Origin: Candidatus Parcubacteria bacterium | GTDB lineage: Bacteria; Patescibacteriota; Minisyncoccia; Phycocordibacterales; UBA918 | Assembly: GCA_046050355.1 (NCBI GenBank) | Contig: JBJOPW010000001.1 | Span: 67,858-131,857 of the forward strand | Direction: 5' to 3' | DNA: 64,000 nucleotides | Shown here: piece after piece, positions 39,701 through 54,700 of the stretch | Numbering within the stretch: the first letter of the stretch is position 1 | Layout of the letters: each line of letters starts with the position of its first letter | Notes under the pieces: model-generated | Told to the model about the DNA's origin: nothing | Seen by the model: only the letters and a program-made list of their open reading frames with translations | The model's database searches: none | Made by a program: the position numbers and the translations under genes

Positions 39701-42700
39701 TCGTACACATGAGCAGCACTAATGGTGAGGCGGCCGCTGACTGTCGTAGTAGCGGCACTAGCTGGTGTAGTAGTACCAGCTACTGACCCATTACCCAAGA
39801 CTAGGTTTGCAAAGGTCCATGGCGTGGTACCACCAAGGGTATTAGTGCGGGAAATGGTTGTCGTACCTGAGCCAAGGGACAATGTGCCGTTCCCGGTAAG
39901 TTGTCCGTTAAGGAGTGAGATATTATTGGTGCCCGTGACGGTACCAGCGCTGATGGTCATATCTCCAGTGAGACTGAGTGGTGCGCCAATATTCCATGCC
40001 CCACCCACTCCGGTAAAGGAAAGGTTATGGAAGTTTTGGGTGGTGGCCGCAGTAATACTCTTACCAGTAGTGGTGGCGGTAAAGACAAAGGTCGAAGATG
40101 CCGCGGTAATAGTGGCATTCTGACCAACTACCAGTCGACCAGCCAAGCTATGCGTATCAGTACCAGCGGCGATGAATTGTGACGAGGTCGCCAGTGTAAG
40201 ACTTCCCTCAAAGGCGCTACTTGAGGCATTACCGGCGAGCGTGACTGGTCCGCCTGGAGTAAAGGTCGTGCTCGCCCAGACAAAGAGGCCATTATTCGAG
40301 AGGACAGTGAGTGACGTCGACGGTGTCGTGGTGGCACTAAAACGCATATCGGTATCTGAAGCAGTATCAAAGAGCGTCAGGTCAGCAATTGAGAGCGGCA
40401 CTGCCCCTTCATGACGAGTAATGAGTTGGTAGGCATACACATCAAGATTCGTGATGTCACTGGTTGGAGTTTTGGTGACTGCCGCACCCGAAACACCTCC
40501 GTTAGTATTGAGGTACACGGTAATCTTTGGGTCGCCAATAAACGCAACATTACTAAAGCTGTAGGCACCAGTAGTGACATTACACGAGGTTTGCGCAGTG
40601 TAACTACCACTATTAACGACGACCCGCACGTTTGGCGTTACTCCATCACACACCGGTGCACCAAGCGAGGCTCCGCCATCACTCGTGAGCACTCGTCCAG
40701 ACACCGTAATGAGATACGAACTATCATCAAAGCGAATGGCGCCAGGATTTGCATCCCCGCTATCAAAGGCCTCGCCGTACAGGTTGCCGCTTCCCTCCTT
40801 GAACCAAACAAAACTAGTTGAAGTGCCGGTAAAGGTAACGTTTGCTCCGGTACCAGCAGTCGTGGTCGCAAAGGCGACGCGGAGTAGTTGTTTGGCTGGA
40901 TTGGTACTTACGGTCGTACCATCAATCCGCAGACCCGAGGTTCCTGGAGTAACATCAATATAACCATCGTCAAATTGTGACAGCGTCGTTGAACTTAAGA
41001 GACCAAAGCCGGCTGATCCGGTACTCGCCACACTAAAGTAGCGAGCCGTCACAATACTGTTCGTGGCATTAAGCGAGAACGAACCGGTGAGTGCCGCAAT
41101 GGTTGTCGATGCCGAACTAGTACCCGTAAAGTTGAGTGAGGCCGCCGTGAAGCCAACACTCGAACCGCTCGCCACCCGCACATCTACCTGGCGTGGACTA
41201 CCGAGTACCGTACCGTCAAAGTCAGTGGCGTAGGCCCAATGTTCGGTGCCGGTACTACGGATGTAATTACCGTAAATGTTGAGATCGCCATCAACTGCGG
41301 CATGATCTTGTGAGTAGATTGAGCCAGTATCACTCGTGATGTAGGTGGTGGCTGATGAATTCCACATTGCAATATCTGCATCATTGGCTACTTGGAGCGT
41401 ACCGTAAACGTCACCACCAAAGGACTTAGTATGCATACTGTGATCGGTACCGATGAAACGAAGGAGTGAGCCCGTCCAGGTGGTCGACGTACCAGACATA
41501 GTTTGTGAGAACGTACCTGATGCGGTCAGTGACAAACCGCTCTGTAATGTAAATTGAGTGGCATTAGTCAAATTGATGGCAACCGTAGCAGTAGCGCTTT
41601 CGGTGACAGTAAAGTCGCCACCAGCACCATTAAATTCGAGGGTGGCAAAGGTTGATGATCCAACCGCTATCGTTTCACTGCCGGCGGTTGAATTAAAGCG
41701 GACAGTACCGTTGTTAGCACTAAACGCACCATTGTTATCAAATGATCCGCCCACACTGAGGATGCCACTCGGGAAAGTTGCACTCGCTCCAGCGTCGGCA
41801 ATGTAGTTACCAAGAATTGTTGTGTTGGTATCAGTAAAGACACGAGCGAACCTGGCTTCTGCAGTACTGGTACTATAGAACGAAGTTGACGTACTCTGGT
41901 TATTGAACTCAGTACCAAGCCAACCTGCATCACGTACCACCGAAGCTAGACGGAACTCGTCGATACGTCCATCATGATATTGACTCGCGCCGAGACTACC
42001 AAGTGAGAAGCCGGTTAAGGTCACGTTTGGATCACTCGCGGTACTACTCGTGATAAAGGCACCGTCAAAGTAGATACTCATATTGCCACCACCAGCGCCA
42101 GGAGACACCAACCCGATATGAGTCCATTTGTTTCGGTACGAAGCATATGAACTCGACACGCGACCGGGTACACCAGCAGCACCAAAGTCCCAGTAGAGTA
42201 TGGCATCACTCCACGGTCCATGGGTTGCCACCCGCTGCCCACCACTTTCAGTAAAGCCAAAGAGATTGGCAGCTTTTGTTTCGGCCGTTGTCACATTGTT
42301 CCAAGCAGTAACGGTGATCGTATTTGACGCATTCACCCAGGCAAACGCTGCATTGGTAAGATAATCATTGACGCCATCAAAATCGATCGCATTCCCAAGC
42401 ACACCGGCCACGACGTCAGTAGCATCCATCGCACCTACCTGACTCAAACGCCTATCAAACCGCGTACTATCAACAGTGATACCCGCTGGGTCAGAGTCCA
42501 AGTGGTACACCGCCTGGTAGCCGTTGGTCCAAACATTTTGAGCACCAAAGGCAGACGTCGAGGCGTAAGCGGTAGCACCACTATTACCGTAGTATACGTA
42601 GAAGTCGGCACTGGTTGAGGTCGCGAGACTTGGCGCTCTGAAGTACACCTCACCTCGCTTCGTACTGGTACTGACAGACACCACTTCAAGTGGTACTTCG

Positions 42701-45700
42701 GTGACTCCATCACTCGCCGTAATGCGGATATCAGCCCCACCGGTAGTAATTCCAGTGAAGAAATCATCGCCAAGATCGGCCAGATTGAGGTACACTGGGA
42801 AGTTTGTCATACTACCCATCACCTTCGATCCTTGAATAGTAATCTTCTTGCGTGCTGACCAACTATCGTTGTACCAGCCAGAAGCAGCGCCACGGACGCG
42901 TAGATTATTAAACGATGAACCATTCGTCGAAAGCGTATCGGCATCCTGAACCAGGAGTATGACTTCCCCGTTATTATGGGCAAAGGCACCTGAACCAGTG
43001 GTGACAAAATCACCACCAACCGCAAGCGTTGTCGTTGGCATAGTTACGGTACCGGCCGTGATACGCATATCGCGGGTCGTCGTCGCTGCTCCCGTGAAGG
43101 TCCAGCCACCAGCACCGGTAAACACTAAATCGTAAAAGTTATTGAGGAATGGTGTACCGCTGGTCGTAATTGACCGACCAGCCACACTACTCGTCATGCG
43201 TACCTCACCGTTGTTGTGCGCAAATTGCCCACCAGTGTTGAGGAATGAACCACCAATGGTCGTCGTACCAGTTGGCAAGGTGACGGTACCAGTGGCGATA
43301 GTCAAGGTACCGTTAAGCGCCAATGTACTCGTACTAAATGACCAATTACCACCAACACCGGTGAACGAAAGATTATTAAAGGCTGACGTACCACGTGCAA
43401 TGACTCCCGTTGAGGTACCAATAAATGAGACCGTACCAGACTGTGGTACAAAGGCATTGTTATTTGTCCAATGGCGCAGCACGTTGATATTAAAACCAGA
43501 ACCAGACGCATTGAGGGTATCGTCATTACCGATGGTGAGAGACTCACTACCAACGTTGCCTGACAAAGTAATCGTCTTAGCGGTACCATCAATAACGACA
43601 TTACCAATATTGGTACTGAGATTTGCAGCTTTTGCGTCACCCCAGAGACTACTACCAGTACCATCAAAGGTCGTTGTGCCGAGTCCACTAAACGTACCGT
43701 TGGCACCGAGACTGAGGTTGCCACCTATGTTCAGTGTCGTTGTCCCGCGAGCCAGAGTACCGTAGTTTACGGTGAGATTGCCATAGGTAATGAGTGGTTT
43801 CGTCAGGGTAAAGGTTGCATTGCCACTACTTTCACCAAAGGTAACATTATAGAACGCTAGTGAACTTGAGGCGTTTTGTGGTGTCTGGGTTGAAGTGGTG
43901 GCCGTGAAGATAATGGTTGATTGTCCCACCGTAAAGGTACTCTGATTATCCCAAACATTACTAATACGGAAGGTACTGGTGGCTGGGGCAAAGGTACCAT
44001 TATTTTGGAAATTGATAACACTGGTATCAGCTCCTGGTGCGTAGGTGGCACCAGAGAGTACTCGCAATCTGGCATCGCTACAGGTTGATTCAGCACAAAG
44101 GCTAATGGTACTACCGCCACTAGCGCTATAGAAAATATCTTCGTTGGCAGCATTGGCGTAGAGGGCCAAATTGGCATTCGTTACCGTCGTACCATCATTA
44201 GAACCAATAGTGAGATGACGTTTACTCAGTTGCATACCGGTAATGTCACCAGAGCCATCATATACAGTCACCGCTACCGCTTCGTCAGTACCACTCGCAT
44301 TTTGGATAAACACAGTAATCACATCACCTGCCACGGCAGATACGTTTGGAATCGACCAGGTACCCGCCGAAGCGACGGTCGACCACGTCACCACTACCTT
44401 ACCATTACCGCCACTTGATCCGTTGGTAATTGAGGTTACCGCTGCCGCACCTACCCCCACGCCAGCACTATAGTCTGGATCAGCGGTATTAGCAGCCTGT
44501 GTACCAGAGCCACTAATCGTCGAGGTAGCCGAAACTCCGGTGAGCGCAGTGTACGAGGAACCACCGCCGCCGCCAGCGCCAGGGTTGTGCGTATAAAAAT
44601 CACTGGCGTTTGCTCCACCACCGCCACCATAGTAGCCTGCACCACCACCACCGCCACCGGCCAAGATAGCAGTAGTCGAACCAGAACCGCCTGTGCCGCC
44701 ACCACCAATACCACCAGCGCCACCAGCCCCCACACCACCAGCGGTACCAGCACCAAGCCCTCCTTGGTAGGCTGCACCAACGGTCGCATTACTACCACCA
44801 ATGGCCCCGCCCGCTACTTGTGTTCCTCCGCCACCACCACCTGATGCAGCCGTAGTAGAGCCTGTTTCCCCAGTGAGACCACCGCCCGCCCCACCATTAC
44901 CAAGCACCAACCCATCAGTAGCTTGTGGTCGCAAAGCAAAGGTAAAGTAACGTCCTACATCAGCACCAAGCGTTGCTTGCGTCATTGTTGGTGCACCGAG
45001 TGAACCGGCACTTGAAATTGGATTATCTCGATAACACAAGAACACTGAGTTATCAGTACCATTTGCGTTCGCTGCATAAAAATTCGCATCCGCAGCATTA
45101 GGGGTATTACACGAACCACCACCTGGACCCCAAGTATTATTGTCCATTGACCCACCCACATGGACGACCATAGCGTCAGGCACCGTGCTCGAAAGATTAC
45201 TACCAGTGAAGACTGTGTTTGCGACCGTTACCGCGGTATTAGTCCCAAGCACATCATAAGGGTTGCCAGTAATAGCCGCTCCTCGGAACGCCCAGATACG
45301 CCCCGTGTATGATTCGGTAGCAGGACCCGCAAAGGTAGGGTTGGCTGGTGCCGCACCCGTACGGCGGTAATACCATACCGATACTCGTCCTTCACCAGCT
45401 GAACCAGCCTGGGTTGAAAACTCAGTCCAACCAGTACAGTTTGTAGTACAGGTGTGAGCTGTATCAGTGCGTGAATGCAGGACGGCGATGTAGAGATCAT
45501 TAACCGCTGTAGACGCAGGAATTGTTGGCGTACAAGCAGCTCCGTTAACGCCACAAGCGGTTCCTGCTCCAACATATTTAATGTTTGTTACTCCACCACC
45601 ACCGCCACCACCACCACCAGCGACGAGAAGTGGGGTTGAAGTACGAAATACTCCTGAGTAGCCGCCACCGCCACCGCCACCGGTAGAAGTCGCTGCCGTG

Positions 45701-48700
45701 CCACCAGCACCTCCACCACCCACCCGTACTGTCAGATTTTCGGCCGGAATGGTTGTAACGTTACCCTGTACAAACCCGCCACCACCACCGGCACCAGCCC
45801 CACCACCATTTGTTGAATAACTGGCACCACTACCACCACCAGCACCCCACGATTTGACCGTAACACTAGTAACCCCACTCGGAACAGTGAACGTACTGGT
45901 ACCAGCCGCAGTGTACACCACCTGTTGTGTCGAGGTGCCAGCCGCTACTTGCGCTGTCTTCCCTGATTGCAGTACACCATTAACAGCCACAGCCACAGTA
46001 CCTGAAGCGAGCGCGGTGAGTTGATCATAATCAAAGATACTACCAGAGATGGTAAGTCCTTCTGACCATTCCACCGACCAATCTTGCACCGATGGACAAT
46101 TACCGCTATCACAGAGGAGTTCGGCGTCGAGCTTAAGTACGTTGTAGATGTTTTTATCAAGTCCTGAAATATTGATTGGCGAATTAGTAAAACCAGCTGC
46201 ATTACCAGACAAGGCCGAATCTGGGACCAAGGCAAAAGTACCTGGCGTCGTTTCGTAATAAACACGATACAGCACGTTACTCAGGCCGGGAGTGGTATCA
46301 GTAAATCGAACCCGCTCCCACCGAGGACTGGCACCATCAGCAAAATTGATAGCCGTCGAACGGATTGACGCCGATGTGAAATTTGGATAAATCTGTGCAG
46401 CGATGGTCAAAGAACCGTCAAATGGTTGCGCCGCAATTGATGGGCTACTACTAAAGTTCTCTCGGGCTGTCCACACTGATCCATTCCACCGACTCGTATC
46501 ATACCGATCTGGGTTTGATCCATCATCAAAAGCCAGTGCATGGACAGTACCATCACCACCCCGCACAGTCTGGAAGCGCCAACTATTATTAATAACATCG
46601 AGACTAAATTCACCTGACGTTGTCCCGGTACCAAACGAATAGGTTTGGTAGCGGGCTGCAACCGTATCAGAATAAGCAATCACTACATCTCCATCCGTCC
46701 CTTGTGTCGTCTGGAAATCACAGTCAGCAGGCAAGCCGCGGTTATCATTACCGGTAATAGTTAATTCGGTGAAAGTTCCAAAGGCACTGCCCGTCCACGG
46801 TACGATACCAATATCAGTATCAGCATCCATATAGCAGAGCATCATGCGATCGGTTCCCTCATCGCGCTTGAGGCTACCCCAGGTCATAACGTTACCAAGC
46901 GCTACGGTATTAGTCGCCGACCACGTCGAGCCATTCCAGGTCTTCCACGGCATATTAACCGTACCGTTTGGTAAAGCCAAAACCGCCTGGTCTCCCGATT
47001 CTTCATACTCAATCACCATCCCTTCGTTTGTGTTCGCACTCACATCACCGAAGCGATTGCTATTACCCCAACTTGAGCCATTCCAAACGAGTGCTTCATA
47101 ATCAGGGGTGCCGGTATTGGTATGACGGAATACCGCAATAATTTCGTTTGAGACGGGATCACTCGCCATCTGTACCCACTCGCAGTCATTTGTGTTAGCC
47201 AAGACAAGACTTGAGGTTGCACTCCAGGATGAACCATCCCAGGTTGCATACACGGCATCATTTCCAAGACAGGCCACTGCCATAAGCTTTCCTGAAACTG
47301 TTTCATATGCAATGTCATAGCGGCGCTTCGTCGATTCGGTAGCTGAATTCACAATTTCAAATATATTGCCCCACGATTCGGTGATCGCGTCATATATCTG
47401 AATATTGATATCGAGGTCGGTTCCAAGAGTACCAAGCGCATACTCAGGCCGTGTGGTCGCTGCCTTGAGTCTGGTCCAGCGGATTTGCGCACTGACTGTA
47501 TCAGCAGAAATTGGAGCACTCCAGGCGGAACCATTCCAGGTTCGATACTGCGGGGCTTGCGCTGTCCCCTCTGCATAGGCGACCATCACGCCGTTAATCA
47601 CTGACGAGACTTGGGCGCCACCGAGGGTAGTTTCGATATCAACAGTATCATTGGTGCTAAATTGCTCTCCTGTAGTCTGGTACCAAACGGACACATTGGT
47701 CGCAGTATCAACTGTAAAGCTAAATGGGGTCGAATAATTCGACCAACTATTACTACCACCCGGGTCACGTGCCCGAGTACGCCACCAATAAGTCACGCTG
47801 TTGGTAAGTGGTGCCTGTGTCTGGTATCTGATGGTATTACCCGAATTAAATGGCGACGTATCAGCTGGGGTTGTAACATTCGAAAATCCTGCGTCAACAC
47901 CAGACATAAATGTGGTTGGTGCGGCAAAGTCTTGCGTGGTTGAAATTTGAATTTCATACTGCAAATCATCAGCTTGCGGATCAATCGTCGTAAACGTAAA
48001 GGCTGGAGTAACCGTTGCGGTCTTAGCATTATCAAAGAGTGTCAGGTGGGTTGGTGGTTCAATTTTCAAACTCCACGTCACGGTCATGTCTAAGAGTCGC
48101 GGTAACGTCGCATTACCCGAAAAGACTGAGGTGATACGGAGCACATTGTAGGTTGTTGTATCAAGTGCGGCGATCGAAATTGGTGACGATGCAAAACCAG
48201 CACTGTTGCCAGGCAGATCAGTGTCGGGCACTAACGCAAAATTATTGCTTGATACTTCATACTCAACATAGTGCCTGATAGTACCTGAAGTTACATTCTG
48301 ATTGAAGCTAATACTGCCCCAGGCATTGCCAATAGCTCGGTTATCATAGTCAATTTCGGTGGTTGTGGTGGTAGCAGCAGTGAAGCTTGTATTGATACCA
48401 ACATCGTTAGTTGAAACATTCGCTAGTGCATCATTGAGACTATTAGTATTAAACTGATCACCAGTAGTCTGGAACCACGTCGTAAGTGTCGTCGCACTAT
48501 TAACCGTAAAGCTTCGTGGCTCAGACCAGCTTCCATATGTATTGGAGCCAAAGTCATCTTTTGCCCGGACACGCCACCAATAGGTAACCCCATTAGTTAA
48601 ACCGGTATTAGGTACAAATTGAATCGTCTGGCCGGAAGAATACTGACTACGTTCAGATGGTGATGCAATATTAGTGAACTGAGAAAAGTCAGCGTTTGAT

Positions 48701-51700
48701 TCGCGGGTAATAGTTGGTGAAGAAAAATCAGCATCATTATCAATGACAACCTCATACGAGACAAGATCACCAAGCTCATCAATCGCGGCAAATTCAAAAG
48801 TTGGTGTCGTCGAAGCGAGTTGCCGATTATCAAACGGTGCGGTCAACGTCGGTTGTAGCGGTGCCGCATTAGTGATCAATCGTGGGTAGGTACTGTAGGT
48901 GTTGAGAATGGCTCCATCTGCATACACAAGACGGAAACAGTAACTTGTATTGGCTGTGGCTCCATTGTTTTGTAACGTAAAATCCCATTCTGTTTTTTGA
49001 CCAACCAAGAGCCCATTCCGATTGAGAATGGTTGGATTATTTTCTTCGTATGTCTCACTAAAATTACTATCAGAAAGTAACGTGCTTGGCAGGACTCGAC
49101 CGTCACCAATCAACTCTTCTGCTTGTACAGTATAAAATCCCGTTGCATTTGTCTGGTTGTTATATTCGGTCTTTAACCAGCTCGCTGAGCGCGCTACTGA
49201 GGCAATTCTAAACTCGTCGATCCGGCCTCGGTGATACGTACCACCAGCCGTTGATACAGAACCAAGCGCAAAACCGGTCAACGCTACGTTTGGATTATCT
49301 GACGTGGCCGCCGTTGCGATGGGCGCACCGTCTAAGTAAATACCCATGAAAGTGCCGCCAGTACCGTGTGATACGAGCCCAACGTGTGTCCACTTATTAC
49401 GATAACTCGTGTAGTTTGTTGTGAGTCGTCCCGGGGCACTACAACAGGTACCAAAGTCCCAGTATAGTACCGCATCTCCCCATGGTGCATGGGCAGCAAA
49501 CCGCTCTGCTCCAGCAGCAGTAAAGCTGAAGAGGTTTGAGTTCTGTGTTTCAGCAGTACTCACATTATTCCAGGCGGTGACGGTCACGGTCGCTGTGTTC
49601 CAGCTCCAACCAGTATTGGTTAAATAGTCGTTAACGCCATCAAAATTCAAACCATTGCCAATTTTTGAACTAGTACTGTTCGTGGCCACCATGCCTGACG
49701 ACGTTAGATTGCGTCCATTACTGGTACTATCAATCATGGCACTGGTCGGATTGGTGCCTAAGTGATACACCGCTTGGTAGCCATTATTCCAGACGTTATT
49801 TCGACCATATGTTGCTGTGGCCGCATACCCACTTGCGCCACTATTGCCATAGTAGATATAAAATCCAGTGTCGGTGGTGGTTGAGAGACTTGGTGCTTTA
49901 AAGTGAAGTTCACCAGTGTCAGCACTAGTATCAATTGCTACAAGCTCATACGGCACTTCGGTGATACCGTCACTCGTGGTAATACGAATATCGTCACCAT
50001 CACTCTGCACAGTATCAAAGAAGACGGCTGGCAAATCATCGAGATTTACATACACAGGAAAGTCAGTCACTGCTGATGATGTACCAACGAGCGCATTATC
50101 AACTTCAATCTTAATTCGACGTCCCCAAGCCGCTCCATACCAATCGCTACCAACAATCGAGTTGGCATAGCCACGCCAGAGAGCTGTTGTACTACCGACC
50201 GCACCGACATCAGACCACCCGGTAGCGATACTACAAGAAGAACCAGGAGCATACTGAAGTTTAAAAGCAGAAGTACTGGTTGCCAGTGGTACATTTGCAC
50301 CCTGAAGTGATAGCCGTAGTCGCAGGACATCATTAAGACTCACCGCTTCAGCTGAAGACAAAGCGACATTTTCGTTGACGTCAGTACCGCCGACTGGCCA
50401 GGCATCAGTTGGTGTGAAAAAGCTACCATTCGCATACCAGCGAAAGTTACTTTGCACTAATTTTGGTTTACGTAGCCAGGCGACTGACCAATCATCAAGA
50501 CTCGCACTTTGTGAGCCGAATGTAGTTAACGTAGCTTCAAGACAAATCTGACTATAAGTCGAAGTCGAAAGACTGGTGAGGTTGAGAGGCATCGCACTCT
50601 GATCAAATCCCGTACTATTACCCGGAAGTGCTCCATCAGGGATATAGGTATCACAGGTAGTGGTATTAGTATATTTGAGTTTCACCGTCACATCAGTACC
50701 AAAAGGTTCCGTTGAACCAAACGACAAATCACCCCAGGTATTTTGATTGGGGACAGACGTAAAGACGATTGGCTGGGTCGTCACGATACCCTGTGTGAAG
50801 GTGTAGCGTTTGGCGGCCATCTCGAATGTTTCGTAAGGGGCGCCAATAATTGAGGAGGGATTCGGAACTATAGATTGTTTGGTAGACCAATTGGTTCCAT
50901 TCCAATATGTCGACTCAATTTCATCACCCGCCACCGCATCATCATGACTAATTGCGACAATGGTGCCATCCCCAGCACGTTCTGTTTGTACCCAAAATAC
51001 ACCAGCCCCAGAGCCGACACCAGACACTGTTTGTTGGGCATCCCAGGTTGATGTCGCAAAGGTACGGTAGCGTAGGTTTGTGGTATCAGAGTATGTACCG
51101 AGAATATAACCTGACCGACCGGCAGTAGTTTCGTATTCACAATCAACCGGTCGACCAGCTTGTGAGTTACCGGTAATAGTAAAGTCGGTAAAAGTACCAG
51201 TCCAGACACTACCATCCCAGCGTATGGCACCAACCCGCGCTGAGTCATTGATGAAACAAAGCGTCATGAGATCAGAGTTAGGATCGGCAGCCAGTGAACC
51301 AAATTCAAAATCGTTGAAGAGTGCCTGCGTACCATTACTACTCCAACCCAAACTAGGACCGAGCCAGGTCACATAGGCAAAGTTGTTGTTAGTACCATTA
51401 GTCACGGCTATCACCGCTTGGTCGCCAGAAGACTCATACTTCACGCCAATACCGGCTCGCAGTTCTTGACCAGCCTGTACTGAACCAAGGACCCGACTAC
51501 TTATCCAACCAGTACCATCCCACACCAGCGCTTCGTAGTTGTTCCCTACCGCCGCGCCACTATCGCGCACGACGAGAATCATTTCATCTGAAGTTGGATC
51601 AGACGCAATTTCGACATGGTTACAGACATTGACGAGGCTAGTGGTGATACTACTGGTGGCTGACCACGTACTCCCATTCCAGGTGCGGTATACCGGATCT

Positions 51701-54700
51701 TTAGTGTTACTACAAGACACCACCATCGCGTCACCGGAGACACTTTCATAGCCCACGGCAATACCCTTGCGCGTGACATTCGAAACAGTGCTCGTAATCA
51801 GTGTCTGATTACCCCACGAACTGCTCGTGGCATTGTACACCTGCGCATACGTCGCATTAGATTGGTCCATCGTCACGAGAATGTATTCATCCCGCTTTAC
51901 TCCAGCAGCTGTACGGACCCAGTTAATAGTACCGCCGACCGCAATCGCCGACTGCTCAATCCCCCAGCTCGTACCATTCCAGAGGCGATACCGTGGGGTG
52001 GTGTTGGTACCATCACCATAAGCCAACATAATCTCAGAACTCACCGTTGAGTTTACAGTGACATTATTATTCACATCATTGGCCGTCGCGCCAAAGAGCG
52101 TATTCGTTTGGAATTGTCCACTGGTAGTTTGGTACCAGTTTGCAACGGTATCTCCTGCATTAACAGTAAAGCTTTGTGTTGTTGAATAATCACCAAAGCC
52201 ACCTGAACCAGTAACGTCTTTCGCGCGGACCCGCCAATAGTATGTCGTTAGGTCTGTGAGTGTGTCACCTGGTTGTAACTGATAGCGGATTTTATTGCCT
52301 TCGGTAAATGGCGCAGTGTCACCACCACTCACGGTGTTTACAAATCCTGCATCGGCACTAGAAACTCGCACGGTAGCAGTCGCAAAGGTTGAGGAGGTAG
52401 AAATTGAGAACTCGTATTCAATATCAGAAGCTCCGTCCGGGTCACTCGCGGTAAATTCAAAATACGGTGACGTTGAAGCAAACCGGGCATTATCAAATGG
52501 AGTTTGTAATGTTGGTGCTGCCGGGCGGAAATCAAGCGCAGCTTTTTTCCATAGCATGAGGGTAGCTGGAGTAGTAGAGCTTACCTGACCAGCCGTTGCT
52601 TCTTGCTGACTTTGCACTGACACGATCTGTCCCGCGCCAACCCCCTCAAGCAAGAAGACGAGATTGCCTGACGCATCAGTGTGTCCGTTTTGGTTACGAA
52701 TGTAGTTTGATTTGGTTTGGGCACCCGTTGTCGTCGCCCCATTAACTGTTACGGTAATACGATTGTTCGTACGAGCAGTAGCACCAGTCACGGCCACGTT
52801 GTACATGAGGAAATAGTCACCACTTTGACCAACCGTAATCTGATGACTGTTAGTGGTTGATGAATAGGTATAGGTACCGGTATCGTGTGCCAATGGTACA
52901 TTGAAGCGTGTTGAGGAAGCGTTTGTGTTATTGAAGTTCATTCCCGTCGTACCGTTGAAGTAGTTACCAGTGACGGCAATCACACCCGCAGTTGGTAACT
53001 TTTCAATCACAATCGAACCAGCAAAGCCTGGTGTCACAACGACGTTCCCGCCACCGGCTTCTTGTTGTGCTGTTACGGTGAGCACACTATTTGTACTACT
53101 GGCAACCACCACCCCGGACCAATGAATACTCGAGTCGCCATCACTTTCGGTAGCTGCCGTTTCCATGTACCCCTGCATAAATTGCGCACCTGGCACGGCC
53201 ATACCATTGATAAGTACTCGTCCAGTGACGTTTGTCTGCACTGTATGGTTTACTCCCGTAAGTGGAATATTGACATGGACCATGTAGGTACCAGTAGCGG
53301 ACAACGTAATATTTTGTGGCGATACAGTGTTTGAGTGTACAAAGCCGGTGTCTTGTCGAGTCTCAATCCAATCCAATGCGTTGGCCGTGGCAGTGTTGAG
53401 ACTGGTGGTTGCCGTCGATCGAGTGGTTGTGGCCGCAAAGACAATATCGCTACTTGTCATGTACTCAACATACAGTGACGCCAACCCAGATACATTAACG
53501 GTGTCGCCGGCATCAATAGTATTTAAGTTTTCGACAAACACTTCAATGTAGTCATTCGCATTGACATCAGTAAGGAGAAACGCGACGTTTGATGATGACT
53601 CTGATTGTGCACCGGCATTTTCGATATAGCCACTACGCCCAAGACCTTCTTGTACCGCCACGCCGTTTTTACGTACCTCAATACCCGAACGAGTGCGACT
53701 CGTGTTGGCATCGGTTCGTTGTACTGGCAAGTTTACTGCGACAAAGTAATCACCACTTTGACGGAGGGTTACTCGCTGTGAGTTTGATGAAGTTGAGTGA
53801 GTATAGTAGTAGTTATCAATTGAACTCGTCGACCACTGCATCGGACTAGGTACACTGTTGAGGTTCGTTCCAGCAACGGTCCGCGTACCCTTAAACCACC
53901 CGATGTTGTTAAGCGCATCAGACGCAATCTGCCACTGCCTCAGCTCTGAGAAGCTGTCCATAGTGAGTGGCCCAAGGAGATACATATAAGGACTAACATC
54001 AGGCGCATCAAAGGTATACGAGAAGGTACGTTCGTCGCCGACATTCATTGTCACGTTTGACCAGGTTATAAGACTATACTGTGGTAGTGCCGTAATCGTC
54101 GCCCCCTCGAGACCCTCGATGATAAAGCCACGTGGTACTCGCTCGGTGATATCACCGGTGTAGGTACGGTTGGCTTTGACCTTAAGCTCTACCTTATATG
54201 GTGCGGGTGGGTAGATACGGGTAGGTGCCGTACGAGTGATATCAAATGGGATATAGTCACGCACTTCAAAGGAGTCAGTAATCTTGTGTACGACTTCCCC
54301 GCTTACGTTTAGATGTTGTAGCTGAATAGTGTACTTACCCCATTCGCCCGTATCTTTAAAGGTAGCCAGGTAGTCTGGCACATCAGTAACGTTGTTCGCG
54401 TTACACGAACCAGATTGCGACACTGGCACTTCGAAGATTGCTCCCTTTGGATCGATAATCTTCATCTCTAAGTTCGCATCACAAATCGTGTCGCCACTAT
54501 CAGTCAAGGCAGCGAGATTGAGCACTACTTCCTCGTTCGGGAAGTACATGCTCTTCTTGGTGTTTACAGCCAAAAGCCCCCAGTAGAATTCAAAAGTGTC
54601 GGTGAACTTTTCACCATTTTCAAGTACCTCAACGGTCACTTCGTACTTTCCTGGTGCGAGCGTATACGGCAGTTCTTCAACTTGCATTGACCAGGTGAGG